From assembly GCA_963662795.1 (NCBI GenBank), contig OY759746.1, positions 2,688,001 to 2,752,000 on the forward strand: DNA of 64,000 nucleotides. Direction: 5' to 3'. This stretch comes from Spirochaetia bacterium (lineage in GTDB: Bacteria > Spirochaetota > Spirochaetia > CADAEX01). Under the pieces are notes generated by a model. The model was not told the DNA's origin. It worked only from the letters and a program-made list of their open reading frames with translations, and made no database searches. Both the position numbers and the translations under genes were made by a program. Each line of letters opens with the position of its first letter. Position 1 is the first letter of the stretch. Below, piece after piece: positions 30,600 to 40,331 of the stretch.

Positions 30600-33116
30600 T
30601 CAGCCAGGAAGCTTTATGCTTACGGGTTTTGCCCCCCATATCTCTTTTGCGTATTCTTTTATAGTTCTGTCGCTTGAGAATTTACCGGATTTTGCAACAT
30701 TTAAAACTGATTTTGTGTTCCACCTGCTCCTGTCGAAATAAAGCTCTTCAACCTGTCTCTGGCTGTCGATGTAGCTTTGATAATCGGCGAGAAGCATATA
30801 GTTGTCGCCATGATAAATCAGCGAATCAATAAGAGGTTTGAACAGATCAGTGTTATACGGTGAAAAATACCCGGATGAAATCATGTCGAGAGCTTTTTTT
30901 AATTCATCGTTTGTATTGTAATAATACTGCGGATCATAGCCCTTAGACTTAATCTTTGAAAGTCCCGCGCTGTCATGACCGAATATGAATATATTATCCT
31001 TTCCTACTTCTTCGAGAATTTCAATGTTTGCTCCGTCAAGTGTTCCGATGGTCAGCGCCCCGTTAAGAGCAAACTTCATGTTGCTTGTTCCTGATGCTTC
31101 TGTTCCTGCTGTTGATATCTGTTCCGAAAGATTTGCTGCCGGTATTATCTTCTCAGCGAGGCTTACGCCGTAATTGGCAAGGAAAACGACTTTCAGCATT
31201 CCGTTAACAGAACTGTCGTTATTGACAGTTTCCGCAACTGCGTTTACAAGCTTGATAATAAGCTTTGCAGTGTAATAGCCGGGTGCGGCTTTTCCTGCCA
31301 GAATTATTGTTCTCTTTACTTTTACTGAAGCCGGATTTTCCCTTATTCTGTTATAAAGCGTTACCGCATGCAGGATATTAAGAAGCTGCCTTTTGTATTC
31401 ATGCAGCCGTTTAACCTGGCAGTCGAAAATTGACTCAGGGTCAATCTCTATACAATTGTGCCTGTAGATATAGTCAGCAAGTGCTTTTTTGTTTGCAGTC
31501 TTCACTTTTTCCCATCCGGAAAGAAATGATTTATCTTTTGCCAGGGGGATAAGTTTTTTAAGTTTGTAAAGGTCCTTGATCCAGCCGGAGCCGATGCTTT
31601 CGGTAATAAGACCTGCAAGTCCGGGATTGCAGACTGCAAGCCATCTTCTCTGGGTAATTCCGTTGGTTTTGTTGTTGAACTTTCCCGGATACATAAGATG
31701 GAAATCATTAAAAATATCGTCCCTGATAATATCAGAGTGGAGCTGTGATACACCGTTTACCGAGTGGCTCCCGATTATTGCAAGGTTTGCCATCCTTACC
31801 CTTTTTTCACTCCCCTCTTCAATAATTGACATTCTGGAAAGTTTGCTGCTGTCTCCGGGATACCTTCTTTCAATCCCGCTTAAAAATCTGAAATTGATTT
31901 CATTTATAATCTTTATATGACGGGGTAGTACTTTTGAAAACAGGCTCATCGGCCATTTTTCAAGTGCTTCGGGAAGTATTGTGTGGTTTGTATACCCGAA
32001 AGTATTTACTGTAATATCCCAGCTTTCCTCCCATGATAAATTTTCAACATCAAGAAGAATTCTCATGAGTTCCGCGATTCCAATCGCCGGATGTGTATCA
32101 TTAAGCTGTACCGCTACCTTGCCGGAAAAGCGGGAGAAATTATTTCCGTGAGTTTTTTTATATCTTCTGATTATGTCCTGCAGTGTCGCTGAAACAAAAA
32201 AATATTCCTGTTTGAGTCTCAGCTCCTTACCTTCAAAAACATTATCATTGGGATAGAGCACCTTTGAAAGTGTTTCTGTTACAACCTTGTCTGAAACTGC
32301 CTGTTCATAGTTGCCGTGATTAAAATAATCAAGCTCAAAATCCCGTGTGGATTTTGCAGCCCACAGCCTCATGTTGTTTACAGTATTGTTGTCATAGCCT
32401 GGAATCGGTACATCGTAGGCCATGGCCATTACCTGGGTCCCCCCTTCCCATCTGCAGTGATATTTGCCGTCCTGGTCATTATATTCATTCAGGTAACCGT
32501 AGAAAGTAACAGGATAGAGAAACTCAGGCCTTGGAATTTCCCATGGATTACCGTATCGGAGCCAGGGGTCAGGCGCTTCAACCTGATAGCCGTCAATAAT
32601 TTTCTGAAAAAATATTCCGTATTCATATCTTATTCCATAGCCGTACGCCGGAAGCTCAAGTGTTGCCATGGAATCGAGAAAACATGCTGCAAGCCTTCCC
32701 AGTCCTCCGTTCCCAAGCCCAGCGTCATACTCAAGCTCCTCTATTTCATTCAGGTCAAGACCGAGTTCAGAAACAGCCTTGCTGATCACATCATGCATGC
32801 CTAGATTTATTATTGTGTTTGTAAGGGTTCTTCCCATAAGAAATTCAAGAGAAAGGTAATAAACTCTTTTGGCACCCTTGTTATAGTATGTCTGCTGTGT
32901 CTCGATCCATCTCTCGAACAGGAAATCTCTCAGGGTCATTGCGAGACCGTTAAAAAGGTCAAGTTTTGTAGCACTGTACTGATCCTTGGCGAGAGAATAC
33001 TTAAGATGGGTCAGCATCGATACCTTTACCGATTCTGCGTCTTTATGTTTGAGACTGTCAAAGTCTATATCTGCCTTTACTACAGCTTCTGTACGCGGAC
33101 TATTTTTAAGTGCCAT
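30600..33116 (-). CDS. glgP: Glycogen/starch phosphorylase
   Basis: YYLSLEFLMGR, GLGNGGLGRLAACFLDS, QLNDTHP, KRLHEYKRQ, PLP motif EASGTSNMKFALNG. Confidence 0.96.
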   Translation of the reverse strand: MALKNSPRTEAVVKADIDFDSLKHKDAESVKVSMLTHLKYSLAKDQYSATKLDLFNGLAMTLRDFLFERWIETQQTYYNKGAKRVYYLSLEFLMGRTLTNTIINLGMHDVISKAVSELGLDLNEIEELEYDAGLGNGGLGRLAACFLDSMATLELPAYGYGIRYEYGIFFQKIIDGYQVEAPDPWLRYGNPWEIPRPEFLYPVTFYGYLNEYNDQDGKYHCRWEGGTQVMAMAYDVPIPGYDNNTVNNMRLWAAKSTRDFELDYFNHGNYEQAVSDKVVTETLSKVLYPNDNVFEGKELRLKQEYFFVSATLQDIIRRYKKTHGNNFSRFSGKVAVQLNDTHPAIGIAELMRILLDVENLSWEESWDITVNTFGYTNHTILPEALEKWPMSLFSKVLPRHIKIINEINFRFLSGIERRYPGDSSKLSRMSIIEEGSEKRVRMANLAIIGSHSVNGVSQLHSDIIRDDIFNDFHLMYPGKFNNKTNGITQRRWLAVCNPGLAGLITESIGSGWIKDLYKLKKLIPLAKDKSFLSGWEKVKTANKKALADYIYRHNCIEIDPESIFDCQVKRLHEYKRQLLNILHAVTLYNRIRENPASVKVKRTIILAGKAAPGYYTAKLIIKLVNAVAETVNNDSSVNGMLKVVFLANYGVSLAEKIIPAANLSEQISTAGTEASGTSNMKFALNGALTIGTLDGANIEILEEVGKDNIFIFGHDSAGLSKIKSKGYDPQYYYNTNDELKKALDMISSGYFSPYNTDLFKPLIDSLIYHGDNYMLLADYQSYIDSQRQVEELYFDRSRWNTKSVLNVAKSGKFSSDRTIKEYAKEIWGAKPVSIKLPG

Positions 33117-33328
33117 TTTTTACCTCACCTGTATATTCTATGTCTACAATTGAAAGTCAGCAAGATTATTTTTATTATATATAAAAGAATAATACCTGAT
33201 TATCAGTAAAAACCTTACCTGAAAATATTGAGTTTTAAAGGCAGCATATTAAATATTTTGCTCTTGATGACAAGAAATGCTTATATTTAAAAGAAAAATG
33301 ATTGAAGGATGAATTACGAGGTGTTTTT

Positions 33329-34117
33329 TTGAGCAGAACAGCGGTTATTACAGGCGCAAGCAGCGGAATCGGGCTTGAACTTGCCGGCCTTATGGCTTCT
33401 GACAGGATTAATCTGGTGCTTGCCGCCCGAAACAGGGAAAAACTTGAAACAATCAGGGATAATCTCACCGAAAAATACGGGATAGGGGTAACAATAATTC
33501 AGATTGATCTCTCTGATGAAGCTTCTCCCGATGAATTATTTGATGAAATAAAAAAATCAGGGTTGCAAATTGATTATCTGATAAACAACGCGGGCTTTGG
33601 AGATTACGGCTTGTTCATTGAATCAGATCCTGACAAATTGAGCAGGATGATAGATCTCAATGTCAAAGCCCTTACAAAGCTCACAGGACTATTTGCTCCC
33701 CTTATGGTTTTACGGGGAAGGGGAGCTATAATGAATGTGGCCTCTACCGCGGCTTTTCAGCCGGGGCCTCTCATGGCTGTTTACTATGCTACAAAGGCCT
33801 ATGTACTGTCCTTTTCCCAGGCCCTCGCAAAAGAGCTTGAAGGAAGCGGCGTTACCGTGACAGCGCTCTGTCCGGGTGCGACTGATACGGGATTTAAATC
33901 CGCGGCAAATCTTGAAGGCTCAAAGCTGTTAGCCGGGAGAAGAATTGCAGCTGCACGGGATGTTGCAAGGTACGGCTACAGAGCTATGCTTAAGGGGAAA
34001 AGAATTGCAGTACACGGATTATTAAATAGAGTGCTTGTTTTTTCTGTAAAACTGATGCCTTCATCTCTTGTAACAGATTTTGTCATGAAAATTCAGGACC
34101 GGCGTAAGGCCGAATGA
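33329..34117 (+). CDS. Short-chain dehydrogenase/reductase (DltE/YqjQ-like)
   Basis: TGASSGIG, NNAGFG, NVASTA, YYATK. TTG start at 33329 follows GAGGTG; the ORF track starts at 33302. Confidence 0.9.
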   Translation: MSRTAVITGASSGIGLELAGLMASDRINLVLAARNREKLETIRDNLTEKYGIGVTIIQIDLSDEASPDELFDEIKKSGLQIDYLINNAGFGDYGLFIESDPDKLSRMIDLNVKALTKLTGLFAPLMVLRGRGAIMNVASTAAFQPGPLMAVYYATKAYVLSFSQALAKELEGSGVTVTALCPGATDTGFKSAANLEGSKLLAGRRIAAARDVARYGYRAMLKGKRIAVHGLLNRVLVFSVKLMPSSLVTDFVMKIQDRRKAE

Positions 34118-34361
34118 CTGTGGACATATTAAAATCTGACCATTTTGCAGTAAAAATCAATTTCAAGGGCATAATTTTAAGTTTTTCAAACGTCAGTGCG
34201 CCATATTGCAGGGCGTTTAATAGTATGATAGTATATATATGAAATTAGTAAAAATTATTCGGTTTGGATTTTAGCCGCAGTTACTAATAAGGTTTGCAAA
34301 GTGCGGCTTATTTCTCCACGGATTCCCACCTGTATACCCGAATCAATGATAAGGAACATTA

Positions 34362-36281
34362 ATGAAAAAATTACGATTTAACGAACTCCCTCTCTCCGGC
34401 CATATTCTGAGCGCGGTAGAAGAAATGGGCTTCGAAGAAGCATCCCCGATTCAGTCGGAGACAATTCCGATAATACTGGAAGGACGGGATGTTATAGGAC
34501 AGGCTCAAACCGGCACAGGAAAGACTGCCGCGTTTGCCATACCTATTATTGAAAAACTCACTCCAGGGTCGAGAGAACTTCAGGCGCTTGTCCTGTGTCC
34601 GACCAGAGAACTTGTTATGCAGATTACAGAAGAGTTCCGCAAACTCATGAAATTCATGGGAAGTGTTTCAGATGCATCTGTTGTTGCCGTATACGGCGGA
34701 CAGGAAATTGACCGGCAGTTTAAAGCCTTAAAGAAAAAGCCGCTCATTATTGTCGGAACACCGGGGCGGATGATGGATCACATGAGGCGCGGGTCAATAT
34801 CCCTTACCCCTGTATCGATGGTTGTCCTTGATGAAGCAGATGAAATGCTTGACATGGGTTTCAGGGAGGATATCGAGTATATCCTGGGAGAAACTTCTCC
34901 GGACAGGCAGACTGTAATGTTCTCCGCCACTATGTCAAAGGATATCCTTTCCCTTACCAACAGGTTCCAGAAAGACCCTGTTGTAATCGATGTAACAAGC
35001 CAGAAAATAAATGCTCCGATAATTGACCAGATGTCATTCGAAATCTCTGAAAGATCAAAGCCGGAGGCAGTTGCAAGGCTGATTGATTATTATGATATAA
35101 AGCTTGCCCTTATTTTCTGCAATACAAAATCAAAAGTTGACGATCTTGTAGAGGTTCTGAAAACCAGAGGCTACTTTGCTGAAGGACTTCACGGAGATAT
35201 GTCGCAGAAACAGCGTGAGAAAGTAATGGCAGGATTCAGAACCGGAACTGTTGAAATACTTGTAGCAACTGATGTTGCAGGCCGCGGTATCGATGTCAAC
35301 GATATAGCTGCTGTATTTAATTATGATCTGCCGAGGGATGATGAAGATTATATCCACAGGATCGGAAGAACAGGCAGGGCAGGAAAAAGCGGAAGATCTT
35401 TTACCTTTGTTACAGGCCGCGAGGTCTACAACCTCAGAAGAATTGAAAGATCCAACGGGATTAAAATCGCCCGCGGCACAATTCCTACAATTGATGACCT
35501 TGACAGCACAATGATAAAAAGCTACAGCGAGAAAATTAAGGTTCTGGCTGAAAAAGGCTCTCTTTCACGCTATGTGAGGATTGTTGAAAGCCTTATAGGC
35601 GATGATTATACATCACTTGATGTTGCTGCTGTTCTTTTAAAGCTTGCGATGGATGGAAAAAGCGAAGGGTATGACGACACCCAGACATTTGAACCCCAGT
35701 CAGCCAGAAAAAGCTACGACAGGGACAGGTCAGGTTCAAGAAGCTCTTCAAGGGGAGGCTCAGGGAGCACCTCATACAATCGCAGCGACCGCGGAGGCGA
35801 CAGGGGCAGGGATTCAAGACGGGGGTCCGGGCGTGATTCGGGAAGCGGTTCCGGGCGTGATTTCGGCCGGGATTCAAGAAGAGGCTCTGGCCGCGATACC
35901 GGCAGAAACAGCAGCGGCAGCAGCCGCGAAGGCGGCAGGTTTCCCGGACACGGGAGCAGCCGTGACAGAAGCCGCGATAGTAATCGCGACAGCAGGCCCA
36001 AAAGCATAAGCTCCAAAGGCCGGGACACCAGTGAAAACACCTCCGGATTTCCGGGCTGGGCCGCCGATAACCGTGAAAGATTCGCAGACAGGGACAGCAG
36101 GTCCTCAAGGAAAGAGAGCGGCAGCGGCGGACGCAGTGAACGCAGCGAAAAACCGCGAAGCGCATCAGGCAGGAAAAGCGGCAAGGATAATGCCGGAGAT
36201 AAATGGTGGTCAACCTTTGACAAGGGCTCGAAACTCATCAAGGCCGGTTCAGATAAAAAGAAGAAAAAAAGAAAAGACTGA
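34362..36281 (+). CDS. DEAD-box RNA helicase (DeaD/CshA-like) with long Arg/Ser/Gly-rich tail
   Basis: Q motif, AQTGTGKT, PTRELV, TPGR, DEADEM, SAT, HRIGRTGRAG; low-complexity C-terminus. Confidence 0.93.
   Translation: MKKLRFNELPLSGHILSAVEEMGFEEASPIQSETIPIILEGRDVIGQAQTGTGKTAAFAIPIIEKLTPGSRELQALVLCPTRELVMQITEEFRKLMKFMGSVSDASVVAVYGGQEIDRQFKALKKKPLIIVGTPGRMMDHMRRGSISLTPVSMVVLDEADEMLDMGFREDIEYILGETSPDRQTVMFSATMSKDILSLTNRFQKDPVVIDVTSQKINAPIIDQMSFEISERSKPEAVARLIDYYDIKLALIFCNTKSKVDDLVEVLKTRGYFAEGLHGDMSQKQREKVMAGFRTGTVEILVATDVAGRGIDVNDIAAVFNYDLPRDDEDYIHRIGRTGRAGKSGRSFTFVTGREVYNLRRIERSNGIKIARGTIPTIDDLDSTMIKSYSEKIKVLAEKGSLSRYVRIVESLIGDDYTSLDVAAVLLKLAMDGKSEGYDDTQTFEPQSARKSYDRDRSGSRSSSRGGSGSTSYNRSDRGGDRGRDSRRGSGRDSGSGSGRDFGRDSRRGSGRDTGRNSSGSSREGGRFPGHGSSRDRSRDSNRDSRPKSISSKGRDTSENTSGFPGWAADNRERFADRDSRSSRKESGSGGRSERSEKPRSASGRKSGKDNAGDKWWSTFDKGSKLIKAGSDKKKKKRKD
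35805..35910 (+). repeat. Imperfect in-frame tandem repeats encoding GRDS/GRDF/GRDT units
   Basis: TCCGGGCGTGATT at 35826 and 35850; GGGATTCAAGA at 35809 and 35869. Confidence 0.7.
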
Positions 36282-36329
36282 TTTCCTGTGTTAAGGGGCT
36301 CGATCTTAATTAACTCATTAAGTGTGAAC

Positions 36330-36359
36330 AGGCTGCCTGTAACCAGGGCAGCCTTTTTT
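36330..36359 (+). terminator. Intrinsic terminator after the DEAD-box helicase
   Basis: AGGCTGCC-N9-GGCAGCCT followed by a T-run. Confidence 0.8.
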
Positions 36360-36383
36360 AAAGCTCAAGCCGAATATTTACTG

Positions 36384-37121
36384 TTATTTCATCTTCCTTA
36401 TTCTGACTTCAATTGCCTTGTCGTTTCCAAGCAGTCTGACAAGTTTTGATGTGTCTGTCTCTCCGAAGTGGTAGGGATAAAGGATTGCTGGCTTTAATGT
36501 ACGTGCTGCTTCTGCCGTCATTTCAGGAGTCATTGTATAGGGAAGGTTCATGGGCAGAAAAGCGCAGTATATATCTTTCAGTTTTTTCATCTCCGGGATA
36601 TTTTCCGTATCGCCCGCAATATATATTTTTTTATCGCCGAAGATGAGTATATAACCGTTTCCCTCTCCCTTTACATGAAAAGGCTGTCCGCTGTCCCTTT
36701 TGTGTACTATGTTATACGCAGGTACAGCTTCGATATCAATGCCTTTGAAGGAAGTTTTATCCCCGTTTTTCATTACCATGCCGCCTCCCAGTGATTCAGC
36801 ACAAATGGATGTCAGGATCAGTTGTGTGTTCTTTCCCTGAATACAGGCCAGGGCTTTCTTGTCAAGATGGTCTCCGTGGTGATGCGTTAAAAGGATAAGA
36901 TCCGCTTTCGGCAGCTTTGAATAATCTGCTACCTGGCTGTAAGGGTCAATATGAAGTACCATGCCGCTGAATTCCATCATAAGAGTGCCGTGGCCGAGTA
37001 ATGTGATAACAAGATCTCCTTTTGAAGTTTTAATAACATCCTGTTCGTATCCCGACTGCGCAAATACAGAAGGAGTGCTTAAAACTGAAAATGCCAATAA
37101 TCCGTACATTACTTTATACAT
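36384..37121 (-). CDS. Secreted MBL-fold metallo-hydrolase
   Basis: Signal peptide ending VFA-Q; LGHG, THHHGDHLD, IAGDT, YPYH. Confidence 0.88.
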   Translation of the reverse strand: MYKVMYGLLAFSVLSTPSVFAQSGYEQDVIKTSKGDLVITLLGHGTLMMEFSGMVLHIDPYSQVADYSKLPKADLILLTHHHGDHLDKKALACIQGKNTQLILTSICAESLGGGMVMKNGDKTSFKGIDIEAVPAYNIVHKRDSGQPFHVKGEGNGYILIFGDKKIYIAGDTENIPEMKKLKDIYCAFLPMNLPYTMTPEMTAEAARTLKPAILYPYHFGETDTSKLVRLLGNDKAIEVRIRKMK

Positions 37122-37187
37122 AATCTAATTCTCCTTTTTGCATTTTAAATAACTGCACCTCTGTCCCCGGCCTGTAGAAAGATTTAT

Positions 37188-37568
37188 TTAAAAATCAACA
37201 GCTGCGACAGCATCAATTTCAATCAAAAATCCGTAATGAAGCTTCCCTGCAGGAACTACCGATCTTGCCGGCTTATGACTGCCGAAAAAATCTGCATAAA
37301 CTTCGTTTACCCTGCTCCAGAGTGAAATATCTGAAATGTATACTGTTGTTTTAATTACTCTTTCAGTTCCGCTGCCGGCTTCTTCCAGTATTGCCTTCAA
37401 ATTTGAAAGCGCCTGCCTTGCCTGATCCTCTATTTCACCTGTAATTTTTTCACCTGTACCGGGAACGACAGGCAGCTGGCCTGAAATGTAAATCAGGCCG
37501 CCGTGAACAACCGCCTGGGAGTAGTGGCCTGCGGGGGAGGGCGCTTTATCTGTGTAATATGTTTTCAT
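37188..37568 (-). CDS. RidA/YjgF family enamine/imine deaminase
   Basis: APSPAGHYSQAV, ISGQLP, KPARSVV, IEIDAVA. Confidence 0.92.
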   Translation of the reverse strand: MKTYYTDKAPSPAGHYSQAVVHGGLIYISGQLPVVPGTGEKITGEIEDQARQALSNLKAILEEAGSGTERVIKTTVYISDISLWSRVNEVYADFFGSHKPARSVVPAGKLHYGFLIEIDAVAAVDF

Positions 37569-37728
37569 AATTTAATTTTATACCGAATTTTTCTGATGTA
37601 AAGTTATATTATTGTTTTTAGAAATAAAAAATAACGGAATTTTTATCAATTAATCAGCAATTTTTATTAAATGAAATATTAACATTGATTAATAATATTT
37701 AAACAAACATTTTTTAATATAAAAGTAT

Positions 37729-39501
37729 ATGTTAAACGATAAATGGCTAAAGGCCGTCGAGCGTCTTGATTATGCTTTTCAACCTATTGTCAGCTGCTAT
37801 ACCGGAAGAACCTATGCAGTTGAGGCATTAATCAGAGGTACTGAAAATGCTGGTTTTGAAGACATCAGTGACTTTTTTGACAAAGCTCATGAGGAAGGGT
37901 ATTTATCTAAAATTGATTATTATCTTCGGGAAATGGCAATAAAAAAATTTGTTAAAATACCATTTTACAGAGAGATCAAGCTGTTCTATAACTATGATCC
38001 ACGTATTATTGAAATGCCTGATTACAGAAGCGGGGAAACAGAAATTATTTTGTCTGAATATGGTCTTTCCAGTAATGCACTGTTTTTTGAATTGACTGAG
38101 AAATATTCAGTCAAATCTGTCGCTAAATTACGTACATTTTTAATCGGATTAAAAAAGAGGGGCATAAAAATTGCGCTGGATGATTTTGGTTCCGGGTTTG
38201 CCGGACTTGAGCTTTTATATCATTCCGAGCCTGATCTGATTAAATTTGACCGGTTTTTAATATCCGGGTTAAACAGTGAAATTAAAAAAAGAAATTTCTG
38301 TTCACACATTTTAAGTCTATCAAAAAGTTTAAGCATAATTAATCTTGCAGAGGGAATTGAGAATGAAAATGAATTGATAACATGCAAGGATCTTCATTTT
38401 GATCTGATACAGGGGTTTTTCATTGCCAGACCGACTTGTAATATCGATGAGTTATCAGATTTATATCCTCATATAGCAAATTATCAAAGTAAAAGAAAAC
38501 AAAATTCAATTGAATCACTTATCGAAAAGGAAGTTACTAAAATAACTCCGATAATTATTAATGAAAATATCAAGGATGTTGTAGAAAAATTCAGGAATAA
38601 TCATGATATTAATTTTTTGCCGGTTGTTGATTCAAATTATTATCCGGTAGGAATAATAAATGTAGAACCGCTAAAAAAATATCTTTTTCATCCATATGGA
38701 TATTCTTTGATATCAAATCCGGCTATAGGCATTATAGATAATTTTATTTATAAATGCCCTGTTGCTGATATCAAAACCAAAGAAGGAGTTCTGTTAAGCA
38801 TTCTTGCCGGCAATCAGGCATCACAAGGGATTATTATTATAAAAGAATTAAAATATTATGGTTTTCTGACTGTTGCATCATTCATAAATATCATGAATGA
38901 AAAAAAAATGTATATTGCTCGTGAATCCAATCCTCTTACAAGGTTACCGGGAAATAATATTATTAATGATAATATACAAAGTATTATAAATAATAATGCA
39001 AATGAGTTTATTCTGGCATATTGGGATCTTGATAATTTTAAGCCTTTTAATGATAAGTATGGATTCAGACAGGGAGACCGGGCAATACTTTATTTTGCGG
39101 ATTTGCTCCAGACAAACATCAATATGGAAAATTCATTTGTAGGACATATCGGCGGTGATGATTTTTTTACAAGTTTTGATTTATCTGGTACATCCGAGGA
39201 AAGTGTTCTGATAATTATACAGAAAATAATTCATGAATTCACTGAGTCAATAGCATCTATTCATAGTCCTGAAGAATTTTCAAATGGGTATTATTTATCA
39301 AAAGATAGAAATAATCATATGCGGAAAATACCTCTTTTAACTGTATCATGCGCATTAATAAAAATTAATCCATTTGTCGGCAGAATTACTGTTGAAAATA
39401 TCAGCGAGTTTATGTCAGGGATTAAGAAAAAGGCAAAAAAATCGCAGTCTAAAATTGCCTATGCAAGTGTCGAAGAAATAGTCCCGGTCTGCCATTTATA
39501 G
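37729..39501 (+). CDS. EAL-CBS-GGDEF c-di-GMP metabolism protein
   Basis: AFQPIV, EAL, ELTE, ALDDFGSG, IKFDR, AEGIE, IQGF; CBS-like FLPVVD..PVGII; NPLTRLPGN, DLDNFKPFNDKYG, GHIGGDDF. Confidence 0.9.
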   Translation: MLNDKWLKAVERLDYAFQPIVSCYTGRTYAVEALIRGTENAGFEDISDFFDKAHEEGYLSKIDYYLREMAIKKFVKIPFYREIKLFYNYDPRIIEMPDYRSGETEIILSEYGLSSNALFFELTEKYSVKSVAKLRTFLIGLKKRGIKIALDDFGSGFAGLELLYHSEPDLIKFDRFLISGLNSEIKKRNFCSHILSLSKSLSIINLAEGIENENELITCKDLHFDLIQGFFIARPTCNIDELSDLYPHIANYQSKRKQNSIESLIEKEVTKITPIIINENIKDVVEKFRNNHDINFLPVVDSNYYPVGIINVEPLKKYLFHPYGYSLISNPAIGIIDNFIYKCPVADIKTKEGVLLSILAGNQASQGIIIIKELKYYGFLTVASFINIMNEKKMYIARESNPLTRLPGNNIINDNIQSIINNNANEFILAYWDLDNFKPFNDKYGFRQGDRAILYFADLLQTNINMENSFVGHIGGDDFFTSFDLSGTSEESVLIIIQKIIHEFTESIASIHSPEEFSNGYYLSKDRNNHMRKIPLLTVSCALIKINPFVGRITVENISEFMSGIKKKAKKSQSKIAYASVEEIVPVCHL

Positions 39502-39518
39502 TTTTTTAAATACATTAA

Positions 39519-40331
39519 TTAATAATACATAAATATTCTGATTATATCTGCGACTCCTGATTCAGTATTTGCAGGAGCAACAAGTCCTGCGATCTTTTTC
39601 AGGGCATCATGTCCGTTTCCCATTGCGACTCCCATGCCTGCTTTTTCAATCATTTCGAAATCGTTGAGATTATCTCCGAAGCACATGACTTCCTCAATGT
39701 CAATTCCGAGATGTCTGGCCAGGAATTCAACAGCAGTCCCCTTGTTTACCCCTTCAGGGAGAATCTCAAGGTACTTTTTATTTGACCGCACTATGGCAGG
39801 CAATCTGGGACATAATTTTTCATATTCCCTTAAATAACCGGCAAAGAGAAGATCGTCACCTTCATCGTCATTTCCTGCGAATAGAATCTTGTTTACACGG
39901 GAGAGGTTTACCTCTGACATGTCGGCTGAGAGGTTGGGAAGAATTCCTTCCATTTCAGCGTGTATTTTGATGTTCTCTGTATAATCGGGAGTGTATCCTT
40001 CATTGTCTGAATAAAAAATCACTGAAACCGGACAAGTTGACAGCGCTTTAAGCGCCGATTCCGCCTGCTCACGGCTAAGGTGCTTTTCGTAAATTGTCCT
40101 GTTATCTTTAAGGTCGATGATTTTGGCGCCGTTATAGAGGATCAGGGGCAGATCAAGCGAAAGTTCACTGTGGATGGCGCGGGCTGTTTTTTCAATTCTC
40201 CCTGTAGCAAGTGAAAAAAGTCCTCCGGCGGCTCTGAATTCGGAAACAGCTTTTCTGTTTTCCTCTGTAATCTTATGGCTGTTGTCAAGGAGTGTTCCGT
40301 CAACATCGGAGATTATAAGTTTATATTTCAA
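39519..40331 (-). CDS. Cof-type HAD-IIB hydrolase
   Basis: SDVDGTLL, LATGR, YNGA, VNKGTA, FGDNLNDFEMI. Confidence 0.92.
   Translation of the reverse strand: MKYKLIISDVDGTLLDNSHKITEENRKAVSEFRAAGGLFSLATGRIEKTARAIHSELSLDLPLILYNGAKIIDLKDNRTIYEKHLSREQAESALKALSTCPVSVIFYSDNEGYTPDYTENIKIHAEMEGILPNLSADMSEVNLSRVNKILFAGNDDEGDDLLFAGYLREYEKLCPRLPAIVRSNKKYLEILPEGVNKGTAVEFLARHLGIDIEEVMCFGDNLNDFEMIEKAGMGVAMGNGHDALKKIAGLVAPANTESGVADIIRIFMYY

Noticed and set aside
35593-36294. Several alternative-frame ORFs over the helicase tail
   Set aside because: GC-rich low-complexity sequence depleted of stop codons; no evidence for separate genes.
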